A DNA stretch of 64,000 nt. Origin: Cetorhinus maximus. Its lineage: Eukaryota. The stretch spans positions 17,298,001-17,362,000 of the forward strand of contig NC_135891.1 of the NCBI RefSeq assembly GCF_964194155.1. Direction: 5' to 3'. Positions within the stretch are counted from its first letter, which is position 1, and every line of letters begins with the position of its first letter. The notes below the pieces were generated by a model. It had not been told where the DNA came from. It saw only the letters and a list, made by a program, of their open reading frames with translations, and did no database searches. Shown piece after piece: positions 37,420 through 50,084 of the stretch. The translations under genes were made by a program, and so were the position numbers.

Positions 37420-40200
37420 GGGTAGAATTTTCCATTCTGGGACTAGGTCCCGTGGCGAAGGCGGGAACCAGGAGTATTTCCCGCCATGGAGACCGGTGGG
37501 AATTCGTGCCGAAACGCATGTTGCCGGCCTCATTAATTATGCAGTCGAGGGTTTCCCAATATTTTTCATGGTAGGCGGCTGGATGGTGCACACTCCGCCA
37601 TCACATTCAGCTGCCATATTTAAAAGGCGCCTGGTCATCAACTTACCCACCCATTGAAGGAGGAGATGGTCGGGAGCTCTGGCCCCCATATTCAATGACA
37701 CATCCCTGGAAGTCCTGCTTAATGCAGTGGAGGCCAGGAGGGCTGTCCTCTACCCAGAGGACGGAAGGAGGAGGCTGAGCTGTATAGACTAACCCTGCAT
37801 GGGTGGAAGTCTCCAAGGAGCTCAGTGCCCACGGCCTCCACCAGAGGACTGCCCTGCAATGCTGCAAACAGATGAATGACCTGATCCACTCCATTAGGGT
37901 AAGCTACTCGACGTGATAAGGCTCATGGCCCCACTGCAGTTCACCTAGTCTGCAGGTGGAGAGCCCACTGTGAGTCCCTGACCCTTCCACACAGAGAGCT
38001 GAGATGTTGTCTGGGAGGGTAAGGTAAGGGGGTTAGGTTTTAAGGGCACCAGTAAATGCTGCTAATGACATGCCCCTGTGAGCCTTATCTTTTTATCTGC
38101 ATGGGCTCACTGCTCTGGAGGGTGCTGCCCCAGAACCCTCTTGGACAACCTGTGGTGCACCAATCGCATGGCCCACAATCTGGTGGGTTATTTAAAGACT
38201 GGGAGCATGAGAAAGAAACCTGAACCAAAATCTCAACCCCACCTTCTTTCTTTATGCAGGAAAAGTCACGACACAACAGGAGAGAGAGAGAGAAGACGGG
38301 AGGGGGCTGGCCTGACCTCAAGAACCTCAGTGGCTTCGAGGAGCAGGCAGCCCAGCTGGCAGGGGAGGAACCGGACCGAACCTGCCGGATGTGGAGAGGT
38401 CGGCAAGTGGCCTCCAAACAGTAAGGATCCATGCATGTCACATAGAAACCTAAGTGTCATGCGTTCCTCCGTGTTCGAGGCAGCTCATGCAATCACTCGC
38501 TCTCTCCTCTCACTTGCAGGTGCCAGCAGGAAGAGGGCAGGGGAAGAAGAGGAGACCCTGTCCAGCAATTCATCCAGCCCACAGAGGACTGAGGACATTG
38601 GGGAGGAGGAAGAAAGTGCACCTGTAGAGGCATCATAGCAGTCACCTGCAACCTCCACCAGTGCAGAGACACACATCTCGGTGGGTAATAGGTGTAGTTC
38701 AGGCCAGACCTCACATTCTGGTGGTCACCTCACGGACACGTGTCCGCAGCAGGAGGAGGCAGGATCAGCCAAGCTCACTGGCACTTGGAGGACTGCTGGG
38801 GGAAGAGGCACCTGTGATGTCCAAGTTGAATGACCAGCCCCTGGGATGGGCCCTGCACGAGATGCTGGGGAAGCTGATAAAGGTGGGGTAACATCAGGCA
38901 GAGGTATTGGAGGCCCTCAACAGAAGGGTCCGTTCACCTGCTGGCTGATGAAGTGGTGCCGACATGCGCGCGCATTGTGATCTCTATGGGGAAGGTGGCA
39001 GATGCCGTTGAGAACCTGGTCCAGCAGAATGCTCAGTTTCTGCCTGAGATGCGCACAGACCTGCACTCCATCACTGTAGCCATGGACAAACTTTTGCTGT
39101 GGCTACGCGAGAGAGGGATGGGGCACCTCCGCTTCCCTCCCCTTCCCCTCAAAGAGTCAGGTAGGGGCCCTTGGGCACCCAAGGGAGGAGGACCGGGCTG
39201 TTAGACACCTCTGGGACCTCCACTCAGGACTCTCTGAGGGTGTCCAGCCCCTCGGAACCCCCTTGCCTGTGACCCCTTCAACTTCATCCTCTGTGACTGC
39301 AGAGGGAGCAGTTTCCACAGCAGGACAGCCAAAGTAAGCCAGGGCCCTCCAGGCCTTCCAGACAATGGCTGCCAAGGTCATCCAAGACAACAGGGCAAAC
39401 TGGTCAACAGGCTGCCTGCACCCCTGCTGCGGATGTCGGGGCAGCACCTAGAAGAAGTGGTTGGGAACGCAAGATTAAGAAGTTTTAATTTCACATGTGG
39501 TTGCATGGGTGCACTATGATTATTAATCTTATAGCACTTCTGTAAATAGAGTACACTTGCACTTCAATGAGGTCTGAGGTGGTTTATTTATAATTTGTAA
39601 TCCTTAAGCCTGTGAGACCCCCTCCCCCTAGCAACCAAAAACACCTTCAGAGGGGCCCCCCAGGCTGGGTCTATGCCCCCTACCCCACTGGAATCATGCA
39701 TGTGCAAGGAAGCAAAAGTATATGCCAGGGTCCTTGCGAGCCTTGTGCAAGAGGTCTCCTGTGCATGCTGCGCCTGTGCATGCTGCGCCTTTGCCCTTCA
39801 CACACTCATCTGTTCCAACATCGTCAGTACTACATGCTGGGGTTCTCCTTCGGTTGTCCAGTTGAGATGAGCTGCATCTCTATCCACTCCTGATGACCAA
39901 ACTTCCATGCAGCATCTTGAGATCTTCACCACGAGGTTCTGCATAGATGCGAGCATCCATGGTTGTTGTTATCTTCGTAGTTCAATCAAATACCTTTACC
40001 CCACCTCCATGATTTACACCCTCCACCCCTCATAACTATTGACCGCCCCAGGTGTAACATTTGACCTCAGTTACCCTTCAGCCTGCCCCATCACCCTTTC
40101 TCCTGTGCAGGTGAATATCAACGCCCCCTACCTTCCTGAGGAGCCCACCCCCCTGTGACTGTAGATCTGCCTCCCCTTGTTCTACCAGCCCCCAGAATCT
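37420..40200 (+). mobile_element. Second, degraded Harbinger element; Myb/SANT gene on + (exons ~37660-37898, 38260-38420, 38520-~39488), transposase largely deleted
   Basis: Left TIR GGGTAGAATTTT; FNDTSLEVLLNAVEARRAVLYP...RTALQCCKQMNDL|gtaagc; cag|EKSRHNRREREKTGGG. Same exon layout as 26383-28032. Right end unresolved. Confidence 0.78.
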
Positions 40201-40224
40201 GCTTCTCCTTTCGTATCCCCTCCA

Positions 40225-40621
40225 CAAGTCAGGAGTGTGATGGAATACTCCCTACTTGCCTGGAAGAGTTCAGCTCCAACATCTCTCAAGCAGCTTGAAA
40301 CCATCCAGGACAAAGCAGTCCGCTTGATTGGCACCCCATCCACAAATATTCTCTCCCTCCACCACCAACGAACAGTAGCAGCAGTGTGTACCATCTACAA
40401 GATGCACTGCAGAAACTCACCGAGGGTCCTTAGACAGCACCTCGCAAGCCCACGACCACTGTCATCTAGAAGGACAAGGGCAGTAGATGCATGGAAACAC
40501 CACCACCTGGAAGTTCCCCTCCAAGCTTCTCACCATGCTGACTTGGAAATATATTGCCGTTCCTTCACTGCCGCTGGATCAAAATCCTGGAACTCCCTTC
40601 CTAACAGCACTGTGGATGTAC
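40225..40621 (+). mobile_element. CR1/L2-clade LINE 3' fragment (second family), truncated by the gap
   Basis: VRSVMEYSLLAW...IQDKAVRLIG...WNSLP; related pieces at ~30770-30925 and 50085-52080. Confidence 0.75.
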
Positions 40622-40821
40622 NNNNNNNNNNNNNNNNNNNNNNNNNNNNNNNNNNNNNNNNNNNNNNNNNNNNNNNNNNNNNNNNNNNNNNNNNNNNNNN
40701 NNNNNNNNNNNNNNNNNNNNNNNNNNNNNNNNNNNNNNNNNNNNNNNNNNNNNNNNNNNNNNNNNNNNNNNNNNNNNNNNNNNNNNNNNNNNNNNNNNNN
40801 NNNNNNNNNNNNNNNNNNNNN
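40622..40821. other. Assembly gap (200 N)
   Basis: Run of N. Confidence 1.
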
Positions 40822-41747
40822 TCCCTTTCCATCAATCCTCCCCCCAATTGACTTTAGTTCCTTCTATAAACCTGTACCCTTCCGACCGACTGTCCTTCTG
40901 GGGTTGTGGGGGTGGTGGGCAAGCGCCCTGCTCCGCCCCCCCCCCCCAATGTAAAATATGGCCCATGATAACCTGGCTTTGCTGGATTAAATCTTCAACT
41001 TGCCAGGCAATGTTAAGTAAAGCCAACAGCCATGTTATGAAGAGCAGCAACTGAACTGTGTGCAAAGTCAAGCTTTTGAAAGGGGGCAGTGGTTGGAGTA
41101 TTGATGGGTGAGATGATGGGTACAGACCAGATAATTAAGTGGGATTGGAATATTCACCTTTTACTTCTTGGACTGGAATTTGGAACTGAATTGGATTGAA
41201 GTCAACCCTGACTAATGGGATGAAGGTGTTTTGTGTCTGCCAACTATTAAGGTGTAATGCATCCGAGTGTTTAGTGGTCAGAGTTCCAATGGTAGCCCAT
41301 TACTCAGTGCTAATAGACACTAAGGACGAGGTTTTAAAATCACTCAAAACACATTCACTTGTATAGAGTTAAAATTGAGCCTTAGGCCCAAGAAAGTGGG
41401 AAAAATTCTCACAGGTGCATTAGTGGCTGCTGTTTTGAGGGTGGGGCATGGTGTTGTATCAATGCATATCTTGCCTGTATATTACATGTCAATGAATGCT
41501 GTAAGTGATTCATTCCACAGCTGAGCTTGATACTGTCCTTATCTGACATGCAAAAACCAACACTTTCTAACAGGTCACTGGCAATTGGAAGCTGCGATAT
41601 CTACAATGTTGTACCTCAGAATTTCTCTTGGCTTGGTTCAAGAATGAAAGTGTCCTTTTAATTGTTGGAGGATTTAAAGGACCATGTATTGGTTCTTTGA
41701 TAGTAAGGACAATAAGTCTGACAGCCTGTTTCATCGTTTATCTCTAG

Positions 41748-41867
41748 GAAACTCCCAGTACACCCAACAGCAGACTGCTTACCAGCAGGGACCAGCCCAG
41801 CAGCAAACCTATTCCCAGCAGCAATATCCCAGCCAGCAGAGCTACCCAGGACAGCAACAAGGATACG
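41748..41867 (+). CDS. SS18L1: SS18L1 exon 9
   Basis: ctctag|GNSQYTQQQTAYQQGPAQQQTYSQQQYPSQQSYPGQQQGY|gtgaga; 120 nt; phase 1-1. Confidence 0.93.
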
Positions 41868-43599
41868 GTGAGAGCAAAAAAAAAGCTAGCGATGAATTCA
41901 GAACATTTAATTTGTAGTTAATGCATGATGTACTAACTGACCTTTTGTCATACCATAATTTCCAAAACAAGTAAACTAGACAGATGTTTGGATCAGTTCA
42001 GCAGCTACCAGACTGGCTTGATCTTATAACTATGCATTTTAAGGGTGCAATTTACTGGTCTGACATTGTGGATTGCAACATACAGCTGGCAGAATTGCAT
42101 TATTTTGCTGGCATTATCTTGTCTGAGCTTACCAACAACCAAACATGTCTCAACGCATGTATCTCATGCTCTAATGCACCTGATTCATGGATTATACTGT
42201 CGCAACATTCATGTCTGCACATCTGAACTTGCTTACATTAACATCAAAACAGCAGTTTAATAAAAACCATTGCTCCCTCTCACCCTGGTTGTTCCCCTGC
42301 CCTCCTCTCTGCTCCCTAAGACCGAGGCACGCAGACTTGAACAGATGAGGCAGACAAATGGTTTAGTCATTCACTGCCAGATCTGATTGGACCACATAAA
42401 GCTCTATTTGGTCCTGCTCTTGTTTGTGAAAACCGCTCACTATTCCAGGATCAACTTGAAATGCAAGGGCATCCCCCAACTTCTTTTCTCTACTGCAAAC
42501 TGTCATCTTGAGCCCCTCTCCCCTGTCCCTCACTTCCAACAACAAATGTGAGGGAGCACATAGATTTCTTTGTCACCAAGATTGAGACCATCTGATCTCT
42601 GCCTCTGTCACTTCTCTCCCTTTCGCTAGCCCGCCTGGGCCGTCTAGATGCAACTGGAGGAAGGGATGCAAGTAACATATAGGTGAGATCAAGAGCCACA
42701 CAAATGAACTGTTATTTGGAGCACATAACCAGGTGTCTGCTTCCATCTATCATCAAAACACGTGCTATCAACTGAGATTCGTCCCTTGATGAAAATTAGA
42801 TCTTCAACGGAGATGACAGAAAGGAGGCTGGATAATTGATAATTGTATGGTAAAGGGATTTTGGCTTAACATAGAAAAGGCAAAGACTTCTGAAACACTG
42901 GGCCAGACGTTGGCCACAATAAAAATGACTTTCCATGGAAAAGGTGTCTTGATTCTATAAGTTTATCATAACTGCAGTTTTTTATGGACATAGCGACTTT
43001 TGATTTCTCCTAAAAAAAAACTTTCAAGTTTATAGTATTATCACCCAGCACCAAGCTAAATGCTGCAATTGAAAATCGTTGCTTCTAAACAAATTCTCCA
43101 GCGTGATTGGTAGGTATATTCAGATTAGTATGCATCGGAAATGTGAGTCCGATGTAGAAATATCGACACTTGAGTTTTGTTTTAATCCAAACTTTAATGA
43201 CATTCAACCTAACTAGGATGTCATTGTCAAGGTTCATAATTGGTCTCAAGTACCTCCATATCCACAACCGATAAACTATGGAACATAGTCTCAAAGTACG
43301 AAGACCTCTAATAAGCAGGGGTGTAGTGCCAAATTTTGAGGTGCTAGAGCTCTAAGCAAATCTGTTGGTCATATCACTTCTAAATCTACTATTACATTGC
43401 TTTCCTATGTATTAATCATTTGAGTCCCCAAATGTCAGTAAAACTATGCTTTATATGTGAAAAATATTAGTGCTGGTAGGCATTTTATTTTGAACCATGC
43501 GGTATTTTGAATCATTAGTCTATAACATAGCTAGAATTTCATTAATTATTTAATTCAAGCGTATTCAAAACATGCAATACAGAAGACTTTACTTACTTC

Positions 43600-45080
43600 T
43601 GACTGGGCGATGGTCTTTAGAGGGACCACTGCTTTTCCTGATTTATATTGATAACCTAGACCTGGGTGTACAGGGCACAATTTCAAAATTTGAAGATGAT
43701 GCAAGATTTAGAAGTATTGTGAACTGTGAGGAAGAGTGCGATAGACTTCAAGAGGATATAGACAGGCTGGTGGAATGGGCGGAAACGCGGCAGATGAAAT
43801 TTAATGTAGAGAAATGTGAAGTGATATATTTTGGCCAAAGAACGAGGAGAAGTGACATAAAATGAAGGGTACAATTTTAAAGGAAATGCAGGAGCTGAGC
43901 GACCTGGTTAATTATGCGCATAAATCATTGAAGTTGGCAGGGCAACTTGAGATAAATCATACTGAATCCTGGGTTTTAAAAATAGGGGCACAGAGCGCAA
44001 AAGCAAGTAAATTATGAACCTTCATTTAACAGTGGTTCAGCCTCAACAGGAAGGATGCGAAGGGTTTAGAAAGGGTGCAGAATGGTTCCGAGGACGTTAT
44101 GTGGATAGATTGGCGAAGCTGGAGCTGTTCTGCTTGGAGAAGAGAAGGCTAAGAGGAGATTTGTTAGACGTGTTCAAAATCATGAGGGGTCTGGATTGAG
44201 TAAATGGGGAGAATATCCCATCGGCAGAAGGTGAAGAATCTAAGGTGGGGTAGAATTTTGCCCTTTGCGGGGGTGCGCAGCGGGGGCGGGCAGGGGCGGT
44301 CAGGAGCATTGCCTATGCGGGAGGGGGGAGGAGGGCAAGCAGGCCTAGCGTGAACTTCGCGCATGTGCGCGAAAGAGCGTTTCAATCTCCCTGAGACACG
44401 GAGCTGCCTCAGGGAGGTGAAGTGCTGTTTAAAAAAAAAAATGAAGAGAATAAAAATGTCACAAAACATCTCCCCTCATGTGACTCTGTTACATGAGCAG
44501 GGTCATGCTTTTAATTCAAATGTGAAATTTTTATTTTATTTTTATTTGCTTTAGGAAACCTCATCCCGCCCGTGGATGAGGCTTCCTAAGAAGTGCAAAG
44601 GCTGCTTGGCCTTGCAGCATAAATTTGAATTTAATTACCTTTTTAATGGCCTTAATAGGCATTTTAATTGTCGGCAGGCGTGCTGCTGACTCTGGCGCGT
44701 GCCCGCCGAATGAAATATTGTAGGACGCTCACCTGACGTCAACGTGCGTCATTTTACACTCGGCCGGGTTGGGCGCACGCCCGCCTGCCGAGCTCAATAT
44801 TCTGCCCGTGGTTAACCAAAGAACTGGAGGCAACTTGAGGAAAAACTTCTTTATTTAACAAGTGGTTTGGATCTGGAATGCACTGACTGAGCGTATGGTG
44901 GAGACAGATTCAATTATGGTTTTCAAAAGGGAACTGGATAATTGTCTGAAGAGAAAAGATTTTACAGGGTTACAGGGAAAAGGTGGAGGAGTGGGACTAA
45001 CTGAGGTTGCTGTTGCAGAGAACTGACACAGAGACAATGTGCTGAATGGCCTTCTTCTGTGCTGTAACCATTCTATGATT
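43600..45080 (+). mobile_element. CR1 LINE 3' fragment interrupted by a MITE
   Basis: GPLLFLIYIDNLD...KFEDD...QMKFNVEKCEV; LEKRRLRGDL; CR1 tail near 45050. Confidence 0.85.
44248..44807. mobile_element. 560-bp CpG-rich Harbinger-type MITE
   Basis: TIRs GGGTAGAATTTTG / CAATATTCTGCCC; 3-bp TSD GTG inside the CR1. Confidence 0.8.
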
Positions 45081-46835
45081 CTAGCATAGATACATTCAAG
45101 GAACTTGACAAACTCATGAGGAAGAAAGAAACTGAAGGCTACCTTGATAGTGTGACCAAGAAGGGTGGGAGGAGGCTTGTGTGGAACATAAACACCAACA
45201 TAGATGAAGTGGGTCAAATGGCCTGTTTCTGTGCTGTAAATTCCATGTAAAGCTGCCAGTAGGGAATACAAGCACTATACTGCATTTCACATCCTCAGCC
45301 ATCACAGCCAAGGAATTAATGTTCAGTGGGAAAACGTAGCAGGGTGTTTAGGGTTATTGATGCTGCTTTAGATCCCAGGAACCTTGAGTTTCAAAGACCC
45401 TGAAACGCCTCTTTATGAGAAAACTGTGTGCAGGGAGTAGTAAGGTCCGTATTTTTTTTTACAGGCAGGGAGCTGTACAGGAGGGTTAAGGCTCTTGCTG
45501 CTGCTGCACATTGACTCAGAGGCATTCAGCAGCAGCAGTGTGAGGCCTTGGACCCTGGTCAACTCTTACCCGTCTGGCCTGAACTCAAACTCCAGGAACT
45601 TGTGGCCAAAGTTGCCCTTGTGCCCCACATAATAACGCAGGTAGAATTCACTCGACATGGTCCCCGCGCTGGCTGCCTCTGCGTCACAAGTCACGCAGCC
45701 CCATATGGTTGCGAGCGGACTTCCCTTCATTTCTGATTGCTGCCATCAATGAGATACATCGCCCTGCATGTGTTACTCCTGGAAACAAGTAGCTTCAATA
45801 TTGGAGGCGGTCAGAATTAAATTCAACAGATTGAAAATCCAGTCAGACAATTAATGGAGTGGATTCCACTGAGATCAGTGGAATGAAAAATCAAGTGGGG
45901 CGTATAACAGATGGCCAGTCAGTAAAGGAGAGTTTACCACCCAGCAGTGAAAATTAAAGCCTTTACATAGGAGGTTCCGGAGCTGTGCTCCAGTAGCACT
46001 ACACCCCTGCTAACAAGAATGATGTAAACATACTAATTGTCTAATAACTCCAGAGGATTCAGGCATGTAGTGAAAAGTTTTTGGAGATGAATTAAAAAGT
46101 TAACTTAAAATTTTCTATAACTTTGAGGTTTGCAATAGCCTGCTGTATAAATTGTACTCTACAGGTCCCTTCAATTTTTTTAATCACTACTGAGAAAAAT
46201 GTTCAGCCATGCAATAAATATTTTTTGAGATAATCTCCGCTCAAAATGAAACCTAGTATACACTCAGTGCACAATGTAAGCTTGAACTTCACTGCTAAGT
46301 ACGTTTTTATCTCCTAACTCCTGGGTTGAAGGTAGTACGGTGAACAGTACTACAATTATTTCAAATGTCGATATGTTAAGAGATCAAAAGGACCATTAAA
46401 ACCAGGGCTGAGGTGTCCTCATCTTTTCTTCTTTTCCTAGCCTGAAAATGCTGAGCCCAAGAGTAGCACCCCTGTTCTGCCATGGCTGAGATTAGTTCCT
46501 CAGTGAATCTGGAACCAACTTGGTCTGCATGGCGCAGTGCCACACCACATGGTGTGTTGCCCTTCAAAGCCATCAGAGATTTCTATGTGGTACCTGATGT
46601 AATCTCTCACGCCCGCTTGAGACACCACAGTTTTTTTTGTGGATATGATGTAAGGACCCAAACATGCTCGAATGTTAATTTGGTACGTTGTGGGATTATT
46701 TTTTCATAGCAATCACCAATGGTATATTCCTTAAAAAATGTAACTCTACCGTTCCTGTGATTTCTGAATTTAAAAACAAGAATAAGGATGTTGTGGAGCC
46801 ATCTGTCTTACTAAAAGCATGCTGTAAAATTCCAG

Positions 46836-46963
46836 GTCCAACCCAGGGAGCCGCTTCTCAGTATCCAGGTTACCAACAGGGACAGGGACAGCAATATGGA
46901 AGTTACAGAACTGCTCAGCCAGGGCCCTCAGCTCAGCAACAGAGGCCTTATGGATATGAACAG
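46836..46963 (+). CDS. SS18L1: SS18L1 exon 10 (ends at a GC donor)
   Basis: ttccag|GPTQGAASQYPGYQQGQGQQYGSYRTAQPGPSAQQQRPYGYEQ|gcaaga; 128 nt; phase 1-0. Confidence 0.9.
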
Positions 46964-48173
46964 GCAAGATAGATCATCCTGTGATTTACTTCATTGTACA
47001 GTTCTTAAGTATTTTTTTTTAAAAAAAATCATTTTGCCATTTCTTACAACAGTGATGACGCTTCAAACGTACTTCATTGGCTGTAAAACGCTTTGACACG
47101 TCCAGGGCTCTTGTAAAGTGATATATAAATGTAAGACTTTCTTCTAAGGCAAAGCAAACCATTTGTGATTCATTAGTACACCTCCCACACTCTGCCAACC
47201 CCCACCCACCCACCCACCCACCAGTCCTTCCAAGAGATTATCTCCTCGAATATTTTTGGCTGTTTTCAAAACCAGAAAAATGCATTCTTCGCAAAAATAG
47301 GATTATGTTGTGCATCATTCCTTAACCATTGAATGAGTTTCATGCTCTAGGATCCAACAAGAAGTACCATTTAATATCATTTTTTGATTATTTTTTAAAA
47401 AATGTCCTGGTTTTGAAAAGCTGTGGATGGGGAGAGGGAAATAAACATGATTACTGTCCAATGGTTGCTCCTTTAAATTATAAAATCAAATTTTTTATGA
47501 TCATTCCAATTGTCAACTTCATTATCATTTCTAGAATCTAAAATGTTGGATTTTAATGCATTACTTTAAAAAAAAAATGTTGACTGTTTTGGTGTAATGT
47601 TGCCAGATTTTCTTGTTGTCTATTTTTTTAAACTAGGAAGCCTACGGTTTCTTCATTTCTACATACGTACATCAATAATTAATGCTGGAATTCTGAGTTA
47701 TGCAAAGACAATGGATATTTTATGTGTTTTTAAATTAAGAACACTAGGGAAAGGGCTAAGACCAATAATGCAGCCCACCAACAATTTTCAACCAAATATA
47801 TAGGAAGCTGAAAAGTATCTAGATGTGGCGGTTAGGTGACTTAAGTTTCAAAAGTCTAGATTTTATGATGATAGAATGGTAAGTTAGAATGGTAATAGTT
47901 ATGAGGTCCCAGGAAAGGATGAGATAATTGGGAGAGTGCATGATGAGTATTTATTTCTACACAAGAGTGCAAGAAGGAGGCAGTGTATGCAGGACATGCT
48001 ACTTAGAGGTTGAGGGAACCCAGAACAGAAAGTTAAAGAGTGCAATGTCTTCTTTAACATTGTTTCTAATTGATTGTGGGGGAGAGAGATCAAGGGGTCA
48101 GAATTTAGACAAGGACTGTCTCATTGTCTATTAAACAACTAGGTTAGATTTTCTTATAAGAATGCACACATTG

Positions 48174-48828
48174 GGGCTGGATTTTTAAAAGGGTTTGAGC
48201 TTGGATTGGCATCAGGCAGGCAAGCAATTTGGCACCGCTGGGCTCTGTGCCCATTTGTTGTCATGGTTCTGACCCTGAGCCATTTTTAATGAGAGTGGCG
48301 TGGGTCGAATCAGCTGCCTGCCAGCAAGCAGTGGGCAACCAACTGAGATGAAATATTGTTAATTAATGGATCCCTTAAGGCCCTGTTTCTGTGCTGCCTG
48401 GAATTTCCAGTCAGCAATGAACGTATTGGGCTCAGGGCAGAAGGGGATGGGAGAGGAGCGATAGATCTCATGAAGGACTGCCTCACTTGGACCCACAGCC
48501 GCTGCTGGGCCATAGTTGTGTCCTCTGGCTCCCCTGTTGCCACTCCAAGATCATGACCAGGCAGTTGTGGCTTTTTAAAACATACTCACCTTCACATCCC
48601 TTGCTGTCTACATGTTCACATCAGCAGCTCCCACTTGGCCTGTGAAGCTGCCGGTCTCCCATTGGCCCTTCACCATTGGGAGCCTCCCCAAAGTCCCTGC
48701 TTGGATGGCAAGCCAGCTCCAGGGCCTTTAGTTAGCTGCAGCATTGAAGATTGTGTTGGGAATCCCTAAAGCACATCGTGTGGTGTCAGGACCCATGCCC
48801 AGTTACTGTCCCGATTGAAAATCCAGCC
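48174..48828. mobile_element. Harbinger-type MITE
   Basis: TIRs GGGCTGGATTTT / AAAATCCAGCC. Confidence 0.65.
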
Positions 48829-49789
48829 TGTTTTAGGCAGTTCTAGAAAAGTACTTGTTTGGAAGGTCAAGGAGGCCTACTGTCATTTCCTTCCTCTTAA
48901 AATGAATGAGCGATGTTTTTCTTTCAGCCGCCAATTCAGCTATGTGTAAATGACACCAAAGGAACAGGACTATTTTCTTCGTCTCTCCTAACCCGCATCA
49001 TTTCCACCTTTGTACTGCTGTTAGAGGAAGGACAACTAAGAGAAAAGCTGTAAAGGGATTTGGTGTTCTGAGGCAGGGAGGATCCTGTTTACTTGTCGAA
49101 AGGTATACTATCTGGCCACCTCTCCCTCCCTTAATCTCTGCTGGCTTGTTTTGGCACTGGGCTCATTCAGAGCCAAGAACATTTTAGAGGCTCTGTCCTC
49201 TCTTCAACACCCATTTTAGGTGCTGCAATGAGTGCCCTGCTGAAGCACCATGCCCACAGTGGTGGGCTCCCTCTGAACAGCAGAGATACATTTGGGAAAT
49301 CACCCTATGCATGTAATTGGCCTCAACCCTGGAAAATGTGTTGGAGTTACAGAGGGATTAGACTGGAGGACAGAAGTCCCACTCCAAGACTTTCTGATAA
49401 CAATCTTAAGGTAAATTTTTTATCTTGCTATTTCCTATGTTCTTGAGCAGCATACAAAAGAGGCACTAGAAGAACCTACCTACACAAGGAAGAGTATTTT
49501 AAGTCTTGGCAGACTTCGCCAAGACTTAACGATACAAAAGGAACTGTTGGCCAGCAAAAAAGGAAGCTGAGCTTACTACAGATGATGCTAGGGCCTCATT
49601 TGAGATTAAAGAAGATGGTGGTGTCCATTTGCAACGCAAGTGGGCTGGACCAGATTTCTGATTGGTCCCCATGGAGAATAAGACACGCTGTGATGTGTAA
49701 TTTGATCTAGTCACTGTCAAGCAGGCTGCAGGGTTCAGACAAGGCATGAAGCCAACTCTACTGTTTTCACAGAGTGCACAGTGCCTGCG

Positions 49790-50020
49790 CTACTGAGTTC
49801 AGATAGGAAGGAGTGAGGCCATGAAGGGATTTCAACACAAAAATTAGAGTTTTAAAATTGAGCTGTTGGTCAATGTCGCTTAACGAGCACTGGGGTGATG
49901 GGAAATGAAACTTGCTACGAGTTAGAATATGTGCAGCAGAGGTTTGAATGAGCTTAACTTCAGTGAGGGTGGAAGATGGGAGGTTGGCCATGAGAACATT
50001 GGAATAATTGAATCTGGGAA
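49790..50020 (-). mobile_element. L2-like LINE RT C-terminal remnant
   Basis: Minus ORF ANLPSSTL...IQTSAAHILTRSK...FKTLIFVLKSLHGLTPSYL. Confidence 0.6.
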
Positions 50021-50084
50021 ATAACCGACTAATGTAATGTCATGCATGTTGTTAGGACCAAATTATTCACTCCCAGGATACATG

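Noticed and set aside
40177-40954. Long ORFs spanning 40.2-40.9 kb
   Set aside because: Length is an artefact of the N gap; the real part is a LINE fragment.
48781-48791. TGGTGTCAGGA identical to the Gypsy PBS
   Set aside because: Lies inside a MITE with no LTR end or retroelement sequence nearby; likely chance.
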